Positions 38,803 to 49,318 of a stretch of 64,000 nucleotides of DNA are shown here, one piece after another. Under the pieces are notes generated by a model. The model worked only from the letters and a program-made list of their open reading frames with translations, was not told the DNA's origin and searched no databases. The DNA is from an uncultured Bacteroidales bacterium. GTDB lineage: Bacteria; Bacteroidota; Bacteroidia; Bacteroidales; VadinHA17. Each line of letters begins with the position of its first letter. Position 1 is the stretch's first letter. A program made the translations under genes and the position numbers. The stretch covers positions 166,826-230,825 of the forward strand of contig CAWIQG010000004.1 of assembly GCA_963838215.1 (NCBI GenBank), given 5' to 3'.

Positions 38803-39582
38803 TTATTCTTTCGGAGTTTTCAGGTCTCCGAGAGGGTAAAACGGGAACATGTTTTCCTCCATCCATATATTTGACTGAACAGGAGTCATTTTCCAGCCTG
38901 AAGGACAATTTGAAACTATTTCAATAAAACATGTACCCATATCGAGCTTCTGGTACTGAACAGCTTTTCTGATCGCTTTTTTAGTCTTCCTGACGTTTGC
39001 CGGAGTATGTACACTCTGCCTTGTAACATAATAAGTACCCTGTAACGTTGCAACAATATCGGTCATTTTAAGAGGATTACCCATAGTTTTGACATTTCTT
39101 CCGTAAGGTGATGTCGATGATTTCATTCCTTCAAGGGTTGTGGGAGCCATCTGCCCTCCCGTCATTCCATAAATTCCGTTGTTAATGAAAATGATCAGAA
39201 TGTTTTCACCCCTGTTACAGGCGTGGATAGTCTCAGCAGTGCCAATAGCAGCCAGGTCACCATCACCCTGGTAAGTAAAGACGAACCTGTCGGGCAGAAG
39301 GCGCTTAATAGCAGTGGCAAGAGCAGGGGCACGACCATGTGCAGCCTCCTGAATATCAATGTCCAGAAAATTATACATAAGGACGGAACATCCGACCGGG
39401 CTGACTCCTATAGTTTTGGACTGGAGCCCTTCTTCTTCGATAATTTCCGCCAGAATGCGATGTACTGTTCCATGCCCACAACCAGGACAGTATGACAGTA
39501 TATTATCTGTCATAATACTGGTTTTTTTATAAACCAGGTTTTCAGGTTTTATGATTTCATTTAATCCTATAGCTTCAGTCAT
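38803..39582 (-). CDS. 2-oxoacid:ferredoxin oxidoreductase beta subunit (TPP-binding)
   Basis: CPGCGHG and GDGD...NNGIYGMTGGQ motifs. Confidence 0.9.
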   Translation of the reverse strand: MTEAIGLNEIIKPENLVYKKTSIMTDNILSYCPGCGHGTVHRILAEIIEEEGLQSKTIGVSPVGCSVLMYNFLDIDIQEAAHGRAPALATAIKRLLPDRFVFTYQGDGDLAAIGTAETIHACNRGENILIIFINNGIYGMTGGQMAPTTLEGMKSSTSPYGRNVKTMGNPLKMTDIVATLQGTYYVTRQSVHTPANVRKTKKAIRKAVQYQKLDMGTCFIEIVSNCPSGWKMTPVQSNIWMEENMFPFYPLGDLKTPKE

Positions 39583-39585
39583 ATC

Positions 39586-40656
39586 TTAACCTCCTATAAT
39601 TTGTGATTTCAGATTTTCGACCACCTCTTCAGGCGTCGTAACAATACCTCCCATTCGTCCAAAGTGCTTAACCGGCACTTTTCCGTTAACTGCCAGGAGC
39701 ACATCTTCCACCATCTGCCCCATACTCATCTCAACTGAAAGGATCCCTTTAATATTTTCAGCCAGTTCACATATACGTTTTGTCGGAAAAGGGAATAATG
39801 TAATTGGCCTTAATAAGCCAACTTTAATACCCTGTTCACGGCATAGCTGTACTGCTTTCTGGCAAACCCTTGCGCTGGTGCCATAAGCCACAAGAAGATA
39901 TTCCGCATCGTTGCACTGGAACTCTTCGTAACGCACCTCCTTTCCCCTTATCTCATTGTACTTCTTAAGAAGTTTCTGGTTAAATACTTCCTGCCCGTTA
40001 GGATCAAGATCAAGTGAAGTAATAATGTTCCTTTCTCTTGTCGATGGTTTTCCAGTTGTGGCCCATTCAGGAGCTACTTTTGATCTTTCTTTCTGAGAAC
40101 CCAGATAAACCTTTTCCATCATCTGTCCGATTGCACCATCGGAAAGTATCATAACAGGATTGCGGTACTTAAAAGCCAGCTCAAAACTCAGCTCTACAAA
40201 ATCAGCCATTTCCTGAACCGATGCAGGAGCCAGTACAATCAGGTGATAATCACCATGTCCGCCCCCTTTGGTTGCCTGAAAATAATCTGATTGTGCGGGC
40301 TGGATAGTTCCAAGACCAGGACCACCCCTTACAACATTGACTATCAGGCATGGAAGTTCTGCTCCGGCTATATAAGAAATGCCTTCCTGTTTAAGGCTTA
40401 TCCCCGGTGAAGAGGATGATGTCATAACTTTTTTACCGCATGCTGCTCCACCATAAACCATATTAATTGCTGCTACTTCACTTTCTGCCTGCAAAACTAT
40501 CATGCCCGTAGTTTCAGCGGGGTTTGCCTCCATAAGGTACTCCAGTATCTCGCTTTGGGGAGTAATAGGATAACCAAAATAGCCATCGGCTCCGCAACGG
40601 ATAGCAGCTTCTGCAATTGCCTCATTGCCTTTCATCAATCTTAATTCCTTTTCCAT
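39586..40656 (-). CDS. 2-oxoacid:ferredoxin oxidoreductase alpha subunit (VorB/KorA-like)
   Basis: MKGNEAIAEAAIRCGADGYFGYPITPQSE motif. Confidence 0.9.
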   Translation of the reverse strand: MEKELRLMKGNEAIAEAAIRCGADGYFGYPITPQSEILEYLMEANPAETTGMIVLQAESEVAAINMVYGGAACGKKVMTSSSSPGISLKQEGISYIAGAELPCLIVNVVRGGPGLGTIQPAQSDYFQATKGGGHGDYHLIVLAPASVQEMADFVELSFELAFKYRNPVMILSDGAIGQMMEKVYLGSQKERSKVAPEWATTGKPSTRERNIITSLDLDPNGQEVFNQKLLKKYNEIRGKEVRYEEFQCNDAEYLLVAYGTSARVCQKAVQLCREQGIKVGLLRPITLFPFPTKRICELAENIKGILSVEMSMGQMVEDVLLAVNGKVPVKHFGRMGGIVTTPEEVVENLKSQIIGG

Positions 40657-40663
40657 TGGCTGA

Positions 40664-40888
40664 TTATATTTTTGTTTTATAAACTGTTATAACACCATCA
40701 GGACAGACCATAGCGCAATTGGCACATCCATTGCAAAGCTCCGGATTTGCAGGAAAAGCATAGTTATATCCTTTCCCATTCACCTCTTTTGCCATCGCGA
40801 TGGTCCCTGTGGGACACGAAACCATACATACTTCGCATCCTTTACATTTCTCTACATCCACTACAATAATGCCTTTAACCTTTGCCAT
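40664..40888 (-). CDS. 2-oxoacid:ferredoxin oxidoreductase delta subunit (2x[4Fe-4S] ferredoxin)
   Basis: 74 aa. CKGCEVCMVSCP and CNGCANCAMVCP. Confidence 0.85.
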   Translation of the reverse strand: MAKVKGIIVVDVEKCKGCEVCMVSCPTGTIAMAKEVNGKGYNYAFPANPELCNGCANCAMVCPDGVITVYKTKI

Positions 40889-40896
40889 ATATTTAT

Positions 40897-42225
40897 TTAT
40901 TTTATCAATTTAACAGAATGATCAACAGAAAATTTTTTCAGACGTGTTCCAAGGTCATCGAACTGGTCCCTCGAAACCTGGGAAACACATGCTCTCAATC
41001 CATAAGGTCTGTCGCTTCCTGTAGTTTCCAGCGAGATGGCACTTACACCATAACAGAGAAGCTCCTCTAAAAGTTTACTTCCGGCCATTCCCGGGTATGA
41101 GATGGTAAAATAAAAACCATCGGCCAGAGGTTCGTCGGGATCCCTGTCATATACAATTTCAAAATGATTCGAAACAAACATTTTTTTCATTATGCGGGCC
41201 TTCTCACCATACTCCATCAAATCATCGCGGAATCTGTAAACCCCATCATTAACCGCTTTAAGAAGAGCAGCAAACCCATACTGCACAGAATGAGTAACTC
41301 CGGCCGACAAACCATATAATGCCCCAAAAACTACCGAATGGCCAAATTTATCTGTTGAATAATACCTTAAAAGATCAGGATAAGATCTATCAAAAAGCCG
41401 GTCCGATATTGCCATCATTCCTATTCTCTGACCTGCATAGCTGAAAATTTTTGAACTCGAAATAAGCATAACATACTCATCCGTATAGTGGGCAACAGTA
41501 GGCTGGAAAGGTGATTTACCGGGGTTTGAATAATCCTTCCGGAAATCCATACCAAAATAAGCCAGATCCTCAATTACAATAACATCATATTTTCTGGAAA
41601 GTTCACCTATAGTTTCAAGTTCATCCTCGGTTAAGCATATCCATGACGGGTTATTCGGATTTGAAAAAAGCAAAGAAGAAATCCTGCCTGTTTTCAGATA
41701 TGATTCAAGTTTCTCTTTAAGTTTCTTTCCCCTGAAATTATAAACATCGAAAGAATAATAATCGTGTCCAAGCATTTTCACCTGTTGCTTCTGGACAGGG
41801 AAACCCGGATCAATAAAAAGTGTTCCTTCTTTGGTTTTATCATTTCTGTTGGCTACAAGGAAACTAACCATTGCTCCCATCATAGAACCAACAGTTGGAA
41901 TACACCCTTGAGGATTTATGTCGATATCAAGGAAAAGCTTAATAAACCTTGAAGTCTCATGTTTCAGCGATTCAATCCCATTTATGTTTGGATAAATTGC
42001 AGCGACACCACTTTTCAGGGCTTCTATTTCAGCTTCGATTCCTATTGAAGGAGCAGGAATTCCCGGAACACCCATCTCCATCCTTACGAATCTAATACCT
42101 GTCTTTTCTTCAAGCCTGTTAACCAGTTGAGTGATTTCCCTTATCGATGATGATCCAAGGTTGCTGATACCTGTAGTTTCAGCCAGAGTTTTTACTAATT
42201 CACCAGATATTGGGAAAGTGTTCAT
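40897..42225 (-). CDS. class I/II PLP-dependent aminotransferase
   Basis: 442 aa. SNPNNPS motif and PLP-lysine context SSSKIFSYAGQRIG. Confidence 0.85.
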   Translation of the reverse strand: MNTFPISGELVKTLAETTGISNLGSSSIREITQLVNRLEEKTGIRFVRMEMGVPGIPAPSIGIEAEIEALKSGVAAIYPNINGIESLKHETSRFIKLFLDIDINPQGCIPTVGSMMGAMVSFLVANRNDKTKEGTLFIDPGFPVQKQQVKMLGHDYYSFDVYNFRGKKLKEKLESYLKTGRISSLLFSNPNNPSWICLTEDELETIGELSRKYDVIVIEDLAYFGMDFRKDYSNPGKSPFQPTVAHYTDEYVMLISSSKIFSYAGQRIGMMAISDRLFDRSYPDLLRYYSTDKFGHSVVFGALYGLSAGVTHSVQYGFAALLKAVNDGVYRFRDDLMEYGEKARIMKKMFVSNHFEIVYDRDPDEPLADGFYFTISYPGMAGSKLLEELLCYGVSAISLETTGSDRPYGLRACVSQVSRDQFDDLGTRLKKFSVDHSVKLIK

Positions 42226-42239
42226 ACAGCATTGAAGAA

Positions 42240-43541
42240 TTAAAATTTCCGATTATCAATAACACGTCTGGCTTTACCTTCGCTTCTCTCGATAATTTTT
42301 GGTTCAACCAGAGTTACTTTTATGCTAAGTCCAAGTGCATTTTCAAGGTTAATCTGGATTTTCTGACGCAGAGCTTCCAACTGGCTTATCTTATCCTGAA
42401 AAAATGCTTCGTCAACTTCTACTTTCAGTTCAATCGTATCAAGATTATTAATCCTGTCGACAATTAAAAGGTAATGAGGTTTAATTTCGCTCATTTCAAG
42501 AAGAACACTCTCAACCTGTGAAGGGAAAAGGTTAACTCCCCGTATTATCAGCATATCATCGCTACGTCCGAGACACTTTTCCATCCTTACCATTGTCCGT
42601 CCGCATTTGCATTTTTCGTGTGTGAGTCTTGTAAGGTCGCGGGTACGATAGCGTATAAGAGGTAATCCCTCTTTGGTTAGTGTGGTAAAAACCAATTCAC
42701 CCATCGAGCCTTCAGGTAATACCTGGAGAGTATCTGGATCAATTATTTCAGGGAAGAAATGGTCCTCGTTAATATGAAGACCTTCCTGTACCATACATTC
42801 ACTCGCAACACCTGGACCAATAACCTCACTGAGTCCGTAAATATCAATAGCTTTGATTTTTAACTTGCCTTCAATCTCGCGGCGCATGTTTTCAGTCCAT
42901 GGTTCAGCTCCAAAGACACCTACTCTTAATTTAAGATCCTCACGCTTAATACCACTCTCCTGGATCGCCTCGGCAAGGAATAATGCATACGATGGAGTGC
43001 AAGCCAGCACGGTAGATCCGAAATCGTGCATAAGCTGAATTTGTCTGATTGTGTTACCTCCTGAAATTGGTATTACAGATGCCCCGATTTTTTCTCCTCC
43101 ATAATGAAGTCCAAGGCCACCTGTAAAAAGTCCGTAGCCATAAGCTATCTGTATAAAATCATTCTTATTGGCGCCGCTGCTCGTTAGAGTACGTGCCATT
43201 ACCTCCGACCAAGTGGCAATATCATTGCGGGTATATCCAACCACTGTTGGTTTTCCTGTAGTACCTGATGAAGCATGAATACGGACAATTTCGCTCATTG
43301 GAACAGCAAAAAGTCCAAAAGGATAATTATCTCTGAGGTCCTGTTTGGTAGTAAATGGCAGTCTGGGAAGATCCTCGATTGAGTGAATATTTTCGGGTCC
43401 TAATCCGGCTTCCTGCATCTTATTCCTGTAGTAAGGCACACTGAAATAAACTCTTTCAACAGTCTCCCGGAGCCTTTCATTTTGAATATGCTTTATTCCA
43501 TCCCGATCCATAGACTCGAAATGGGGGTTCCAAATTTCCAT
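42240..43541 (-). CDS. paaK: phenylacetate--CoA ligase family (PaaK-like, AMP-forming)
   Basis: 433 aa. [12 protein letters not shown]-binding motif and typical PaaK N-terminus with [12 protein letters not shown]...LRETV. Confidence 0.85.
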   Translation of the reverse strand: MEIWNPHFESMDRDGIKHIQNERLRETVERVYFSVPYYRNKMQEAGLGPENIHSIEDLPRLPFTTKQDLRDNYPFGLFAVPMSEIVRIHASSGTTGKPTVVGYTRNDIATWSEVMARTLTSSGANKNDFIQIAYGYGLFTGGLGLHYGGEKIGASVIPISGGNTIRQIQLMHDFGSTVLACTPSYALFLAEAIQESGIKREDLKLRVGVFGAEPWTENMRREIEGKLKIKAIDIYGLSEVIGPGVASECMVQEGLHINEDHFFPEIIDPDTLQVLPEGSMGELVFTTLTKEGLPLIRYRTRDLTRLTHEKCKCGRTMVRMEKCLGRSDDMLIIRGVNLFPSQVESVLLEMSEIKPHYLLIVDRINNLDTIELKVEVDEAFFQDKISQLEALRQKIQINLENALGLSIKVTLVEPKIIERSEGKARRVIDNRKF

Positions 43542-43605
43542 AATAAAATAATTAATTCACCGTGTCACTCAATCTTCAGTTAATCCTGAAAATAGAATAA
43601 ATTTT

Positions 43606-44031
43606 TTAAATTTTATATAAATCGCTGGCTTTAAGCAATTCCATTTCATGACTTTTAAGGGCACTGATAGCTTCTTCAGGATTACTGCACCTGAGAATAA
43701 TGATTGATTTATTCCCTACAGAAAATGCATAAGTGTACTCCACACTGATATCCTTATCAGATAATATTTTCAACACTCTGGCATAATGTTTTGCCTCGTT
43801 TGGTGCCATAACTGAAATGACATCAGTCATATTCACAGTGAATGTATGCTTTTTAAGAAGCTCTCTTGCTTTTTCAGGATCAGAAACTATGAGACGCAAA
43901 ATCCCAAATTCAGCTGTATCGGCAACGCTTAAAGCAGTTATCCTGATATTCTCCTCTCCCAGAACCTCAAGAACCTCTGTAAGTCGTCCTGATTTGTTTT
44001 CAAGAAAAACTGATAACTGATGAATAATCAT
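43606..44031 (-). CDS. ACT domain protein (tandem ACT)
   Basis: 141 aa. LSVFLENKSGRL start typical of the ACT proteins that accompany PaaK/2-oxoacid oxidoreductase genes. Confidence 0.8.
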   Translation of the reverse strand: MIIHQLSVFLENKSGRLTEVLEVLGEENIRITALSVADTAEFGILRLIVSDPEKARELLKKHTFTVNMTDVISVMAPNEAKHYARVLKILSDKDISVEYTYAFSVGNKSIIILRCSNPEEAISALKSHEMELLKASDLYKI

Positions 44032-44110
44032 TTTTTATGTATTTTTTGAGTGAAAAGAATATTCGAATATAACATAAAAATTAAACGGGTCGAAAGAAAG
44101 TATATGAAGA

Positions 44111-46168
44111 TCACTTTTCAATTCTTATCCTTGCATCCACCACAGTAATATTGTCAGGGCTTCCGATAAGCGGATTCAAGTCCATCTCCTTAATTTCCGT
44201 TGCATAGCGTAGTAAACTGGAAAGTCGTACAATTATTTCTGCAAATTTTAACTCATTTATCCCGGGTTTCCCACGTGTTCCGCGAATAATCTTATAGCTT
44301 TTCAGACTTCTGATCATAGATTCGGCTTCATTAAATGTAAGAGGTGCAAGTCCTGATGACACATCACCAAGTACTTCAACAAAAATTCCTCCCAAACCGC
44401 AAAGAATAATATGTCCGAAACGTGGTTCATATTTCGCACCAATAAAAAGTTCAGTACCTGAAAGCATCTGTTGTACAAGCACAGCCCTGACTCCTTTAAT
44501 TCTCATCATTCTGTTAAACTCAGCTTTAAGATGTTTCACCGATTTAATATTAAGTGTAACTCCGCCAACATCCGATTTATGAACCGGCCCCACAACCTTT
44601 AATGCAAGAGGGTAACCGATTTTATCGGCCAGTGATAAAAGTTCTTTGTTTGAGGCAGCAACTGCTTCCTTTACAATGGGAATATGTGCTGCATTTAGAA
44701 GTTGTTGTATTACAGCAGGTTCCAGATAACCATTTGGAGCATTATCTATAATCCGTCTGACAAGTGGAACATCAATATTTTCCAGAAAAATCTTCTCTTC
44801 AGCAGGGGAAGGAGTATTGAATATCTTTGTAAGGGCTCTGCCAAGGACAACTTCATCAGGAAAATTGATATGACCCTTGTTAAGAAAATATTCAAGTTCT
44901 CTGGAAGAGCTGGTCACCGAAGGCAATATCGGGTAGAGTGGTTTGTTACAATTCTGTATTTTCTTATGTAACAGATCATATATTTCTGTCATATCATTCA
45001 GACCGTTACTTCCAAAAATTACACTCATTCCATCAATCAGTGGCAGTTTTTTGTCCACATATTCGATTACATTATCAAGCTGATCATTGGTTGCAGTTGC
45101 AATCAGGTCGATTGGGTTATCAGCTGATGCTCCGGGATTCATCATTTCCAGCAACCTGTCGTGATGTTCACCGGTGATTTTTGGAATATTCATGCCCCCT
45201 GCTGATAATGCGTCTGTAAGCATTACCGCTGGTCCTCCAGCATGTGTAATTATAGCTATATTTCTTCCTTTCAGATGTTTGTGAAAAAATACGCATGCCA
45301 CAGTAGTAAGTTCCTCACGTCCCGAGCACCTAACTATTCCGGCTTTACGGAACAATGCCTCAACTGCCGAATCTGATGATGCCATAGCACCTGTATGCGA
45401 TGAGGCTGCCCTGCTTCCTGCTTCTGTAGTGCCGGCTTTAATAGCTGCAATTCTGCATCCCTTGCCTATAAGTGAAGTTGCATGATGCAGGAGTTTATCA
45501 GGGTTTTGTATACTTTCGACATAAATCAGTTTAATTGGAGAGCTGACTCCTGCTTCGTAATTTTTATCCCAGTATTCCAGTACCTCCTCAACACCTGTCT
45601 GGGCACTGTTCCCGACTGAAAAAACACTCGAAAAGTTCAAACCTTTCGGCATAGCTGATTCAAAAATAAATACCGCCGTTGCTCCTGAACCAGACACAAA
45701 ATCGCATCCTCCGGCACTAAGCTTTGGAACCGGAGTTGTAAAAACGCCACTGTACGAACGGGTTATCACTCCAATACAATTGGGCCCGATAAGACATCCT
45801 CCCACACTATTGATAAGGTCAGAGATTTCCTTTTCAAGCTTTCTGCCTTCTTCACCTGCTTCGCTGAAACCTGCAGAAATGATAATAAATGCTTTGGTAC
45901 TCTTTTCTTTTAAAAGTACTTCAATAGTTGACAGACAATACTTTGCCTGAATTGCAAGTATAGCCAGATCTGTTTGGGGAAGTTCAGTTATATCTCTGTA
46001 TGATTTGATACTCTGAACAACGTCCTGATTAGGATTTACTACATAAAGGTCGCCTGAAAATTTTCCGTCAATAATGTTTTTCAGGACTTTCCCTCCAGGT
46101 TTGAAAAGATCGCCCGATCCTCCAACTACAACGATGCTGCCCGGGTTTATAAGTTTATCATTTATCAT
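44111..46168 (-). CDS. ADP-forming acyl-CoA synthetase (fused alpha-beta, NDP-forming acetate--CoA ligase family)
   Basis: Start moved to MINDKLINPGSIVVVGGS. CoA-binding domain, phospho-His loop region SSHTGAMAS, C-terminal ATP-grasp. Confidence 0.85.
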   Translation of the reverse strand: MINDKLINPGSIVVVGGSGDLFKPGGKVLKNIIDGKFSGDLYVVNPNQDVVQSIKSYRDITELPQTDLAILAIQAKYCLSTIEVLLKEKSTKAFIIISAGFSEAGEEGRKLEKEISDLINSVGGCLIGPNCIGVITRSYSGVFTTPVPKLSAGGCDFVSGSGATAVFIFESAMPKGLNFSSVFSVGNSAQTGVEEVLEYWDKNYEAGVSSPIKLIYVESIQNPDKLLHHATSLIGKGCRIAAIKAGTTEAGSRAASSHTGAMASSDSAVEALFRKAGIVRCSGREELTTVACVFFHKHLKGRNIAIITHAGGPAVMLTDALSAGGMNIPKITGEHHDRLLEMMNPGASADNPIDLIATATNDQLDNVIEYVDKKLPLIDGMSVIFGSNGLNDMTEIYDLLHKKIQNCNKPLYPILPSVTSSSRELEYFLNKGHINFPDEVVLGRALTKIFNTPSPAEEKIFLENIDVPLVRRIIDNAPNGYLEPAVIQQLLNAAHIPIVKEAVAASNKELLSLADKIGYPLALKVVGPVHKSDVGGVTLNIKSVKHLKAEFNRMMRIKGVRAVLVQQMLSGTELFIGAKYEPRFGHIILCGLGGIFVEVLGDVSSGLAPLTFNEAESMIRSLKSYKIIRGTRGKPGINELKFAEIIVRLSSLLRYATEIKEMDLNPLIGSPDNITVVDARIRIEK

Positions 46169-46434
46169 AATGAAAAGTAATTTTGCAGGGAATATTATTA
46201 ATTCAGGAATTCCGATGAATAGGAAATTATAACCCCGCAAACATTTTTAGGAAGCTCACATTATGAGCAACAACAAACAAATATTTTTCTGATATATAAC
46301 AACTTACAGCCAAAATAGTATTTGATATCATAAAAGCAAGATAATAAAAATAAATAGCACAAAACAAGATAATTGTCATTCCATTTTTTAAATCATGACA
46401 AAAACAGAATGGTTGTAAATATGTCTTAAAAAAT

Positions 46435-46442
46435 TACTTTTG
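46435..46442 (+). promoter_or_regulatory. candidate -7 box (TACTTTTG)
   Basis: Matches TAnnTTTG 43 nt upstream of ATG 46485. Confidence 0.4.
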
Positions 46443-46484
46443 TGAGGTTGATTTTTTTCAAATATTATATTATAAAAATCTCTT

Positions 46485-48104
46485 ATGAAAAGACTTATTT
46501 CCAAAAGCTGCAGGTTATTCTTAATTCTTTTAATCTGCATTATAAAATCGGTTAATGCGCAGTTCAATTATGTCGATACTGAAAGATCAGGTTACGGGGA
46601 GAACTGTACCACAATTATGGTTGGCCGGTTAGCCTCCAGCGACGGATCCGTGATGACTTCCCACAGTTGTGACGGAACCTACAGAACATGGCTGGAGATC
46701 TACCCCCACCAAAAATTTGAAAAGGGAACAATGCATCCGGTTTATTCAGGAATGCTTCATACCGAAGAGGCATGGGATATGACTAAGGTCACAACAAAAG
46801 GAGAGATTCCGGAGATTGCTGAAACGTATTCATTTCTCAATACAGCTTACCCTTGTCTCAATGAAAAACAGCTTGCTATCGGAGAAACTACTATATATGG
46901 CCGCGAGGAGCTCAGAAATGAAAATGGAATGTTTCTTATTGAGGAGCTTGAGAAGATCGCTCTTCAAAGATGTAAAACTGCCAGGGAAGCAATCGGTCTG
47001 ATTGGCAGGCTAGCAGAAGAATATGGATATGGAGATCTGGCAGAATGTATAACACTTGCTGATCCTAAAGAAGTATGGCAACTGGAAATTGCGGGTTCAG
47101 GTAAAGGGAAACCATCAGCAATATGGTGTGCTGAAAGAATACCCGATGAAAACATTGGGATATGCGCAAATATACCCAGGATATCAATAATCGATTTCAA
47201 AAATCCTGACTGTTTTATGTATAGCACCGACTTGCAAAATGTTGCAAAAAAGCTTGGTTACTGGGATGGAAAAGAACCTTTTAAATTCTGGAAAATAATT
47301 AACGGGAAAAAGCCTTTTTCTATAAGGGAATATTATGTTTTAAGCACTCTTGCCCCATCATTAAAACTCTCCATTGATGCTGAAGAACTTCCATTTTCAG
47401 TGAAGCCGGAAAAGAAACAATCACCTCGTGATATAATGAAATTCTTCAGGGAGACTTATGAAGGGACCCAATGGGATATGACTAAAAATCTGCTCATTAC
47501 AGTAAAAGAAAAAGATAAAGACGGAAAAGAGACTGAGAGACAGGTAAAGACACCTGGCATAAGTAACTGGATGAATAATGACCTCCGTACTTTACTGAAC
47601 GAAATAAAACCGGGAATTATTGACCGGCAGAGAACTATTGCAATCGCAAATTGTTCTTATTCTACTGTGATACAGTGCCGCGACTGGCTTCCTGATGAAG
47701 TTGGAGCTATAGTCTGGTTTGCATTTGACAATCCGGGTGAAAGTCCTAGGATCCCGATTTTTTCAGGAACCCTTAGCCTTCCACTTTCTTTCAGTATCTG
47801 TGGTCAGCCCCGGTACAGAACAGATGCAGCTATCTGGGCATTCCGCGAAGCTAATAAACTTGCAACGGTAAACTGGTCAAAGGGCAGGGCCGTTATCGAA
47901 CCTGCAGTGAAGGAATTTGAAGATAAAGCATTTGAGGAGTTACCTGTGGTAGAAAAAAAGGTTGTTGAACTGGTAAAAGATGGCAAAAATGAGGAAGCAA
48001 AGAAATATGTCACTTCGTATACTAACAGTTTTGCCGGTTCTGCGATGAAGAGGTGGGAAGATATGAAAATTACGCTCTGGGGAATGTTCGGGAGAGGGTT
48101 TTAG
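46485..48104 (+). CDS. secreted C69-family dipeptidase
   Basis: 539 aa. Signal peptide, then nucleophile context NCTTIMVGRLASSDGS. Confidence 0.85.
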   Translation: MKRLISKSCRLFLILLICIIKSVNAQFNYVDTERSGYGENCTTIMVGRLASSDGSVMTSHSCDGTYRTWLEIYPHQKFEKGTMHPVYSGMLHTEEAWDMTKVTTKGEIPEIAETYSFLNTAYPCLNEKQLAIGETTIYGREELRNENGMFLIEELEKIALQRCKTAREAIGLIGRLAEEYGYGDLAECITLADPKEVWQLEIAGSGKGKPSAIWCAERIPDENIGICANIPRISIIDFKNPDCFMYSTDLQNVAKKLGYWDGKEPFKFWKIINGKKPFSIREYYVLSTLAPSLKLSIDAEELPFSVKPEKKQSPRDIMKFFRETYEGTQWDMTKNLLITVKEKDKDGKETERQVKTPGISNWMNNDLRTLLNEIKPGIIDRQRTIAIANCSYSTVIQCRDWLPDEVGAIVWFAFDNPGESPRIPIFSGTLSLPLSFSICGQPRYRTDAAIWAFREANKLATVNWSKGRAVIEPAVKEFEDKAFEELPVVEKKVVELVKDGKNEEAKKYVTSYTNSFAGSAMKRWEDMKITLWGMFGRGF

Positions 48105-48107
48105 GAT

Positions 48108-48128
48108 AAGACAAAAGACAAAAGATTA
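48108..48128. repeat. 7-nt tandem repeat AAGACAA x3 (third copy degenerate)
   Basis: aagacaaaagacaaaagatta, starting 4 nt after the stop at 48102-48104. Confidence 0.85.
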
Positions 48129-48182
48129 GAGGTGAAGGGTTGAAAGAGGTTGTTGTATCATTGTAAACTGATATAAAAGTAT

Positions 48183-49283
48183 ATGGCATTGAATATTAAA
48201 GAGATCCTGGAAAAGCAGATATTAACCAAAGAAGATATCATTTCGCTTCTTCAATCTGAAGGTGAAGAGAGAACTTTTCTCTTTAAAAAATCTGCTGAAA
48301 TTAAAGAGAAATACATTGGTAATAAGGTATGGTTCAGGGGATTAATCGAATTTTCAAATATATGCAGCAAAGATTGTCTTTATTGCGGGATCAGAAAAGG
48401 CAATAAAAAGCTGGAACGCTACAGCTTAACTGATGATGAGATACTTGCGGCAGCCAGGTTTGCTTATGTCAGCCGTTATGGATCCATAGCCCTTCAATCC
48501 GGAGAACTTGAGAGCAAGTTTGTTACAAGTAGAATTGAAAACCTCCTGCATAAGATTAAGGAATTGTCAAACGGGGAATTAGGTGTGACATTATCTGTTG
48601 GTGAACAGGAACCGGAAGTCTATAAAAAATGGTACGCTGCAGGTGCTCATCGCTATCTGCTGAGAGTTGAATCAACGAATCAGTCACTTTATAACAAGAT
48701 TCACCCGAATGATTCAAAGCATGATTTCCATCGGAGAATGAATTGTCTGAAAAGCCTTCAGGATATCGGTTACCAGACAGGCACCGGGGTGATGATCGGT
48801 TTGCCATTTCAGACCATGGATGATCTTGCTGATGACCTTCTGTTCATGAAAGTTTTTAATATTGATATGTGCGGTATGGGACCTTATATTGAGCATGCCG
48901 ATACACCACTTATAAAACATTCTGATAATCTGTTACCGTTGAAAGAAAGATTTGATCTTACACTCAAGATGATTGCAATTATCAGAATAATGATGAAAGA
49001 TATTAATATTGTTGCTGCAACTGCCCTGCAGGCAATTGATGCTATCGGAAGGGAAAAAGCCGTTAGGATCGGTGCCAATATACTTATGCCAAATATTACA
49101 CCTGGGAAATACCGCGACAGCTATAAACTATATGATAATAAACCCTGCACTGAAGACTCAGCAGAGGACTGCCAGAGTTGTCTGGAGGCACGTATCAGCC
49201 TAGCTGATGCGGAGGTAATCTATGGTGAATGGGGCGATTCGAAACATTACGATATGAGAAGACGACAGATAACAGGTCATTAA
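48183..49283 (+). CDS. hydE: [FeFe]-hydrogenase H-cluster radical-SAM maturase HydE
   Basis: EFSNICSKDCLYCGIRKGN radical-SAM motif. Colinear with my recollection of T. maritima HydE (LQSGE, RYLLR.E(S/T), GLPFQTMDDLADDLLF). Confidence 0.85.
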   Translation: MALNIKEILEKQILTKEDIISLLQSEGEERTFLFKKSAEIKEKYIGNKVWFRGLIEFSNICSKDCLYCGIRKGNKKLERYSLTDDEILAAARFAYVSRYGSIALQSGELESKFVTSRIENLLHKIKELSNGELGVTLSVGEQEPEVYKKWYAAGAHRYLLRVESTNQSLYNKIHPNDSKHDFHRRMNCLKSLQDIGYQTGTGVMIGLPFQTMDDLADDLLFMKVFNIDMCGMGPYIEHADTPLIKHSDNLLPLKERFDLTLKMIAIIRIMMKDINIVAATALQAIDAIGREKAVRIGANILMPNITPGKYRDSYKLYDNKPCTEDSAEDCQSCLEARISLADAEVIYGEWGDSKHYDMRRRQITGH

Positions 49284-49318
49284 CCAAGAAAATGAAGTTG
49301 AAAGTTCTTAGCCATCAT

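Noticed and set aside
46373-46401. Inverted repeat TTGTCAT-N15-ATGACAA in the divergent promoter between the fermentation operon and the dipeptidase gene, considered as a Rex site
   Set aside because: The half-site sequence and the 15-nt spacing do not fit the TTGTTAA-N4-TTAACAA architecture. It could be a weak hairpin or chance in AT-rich DNA.
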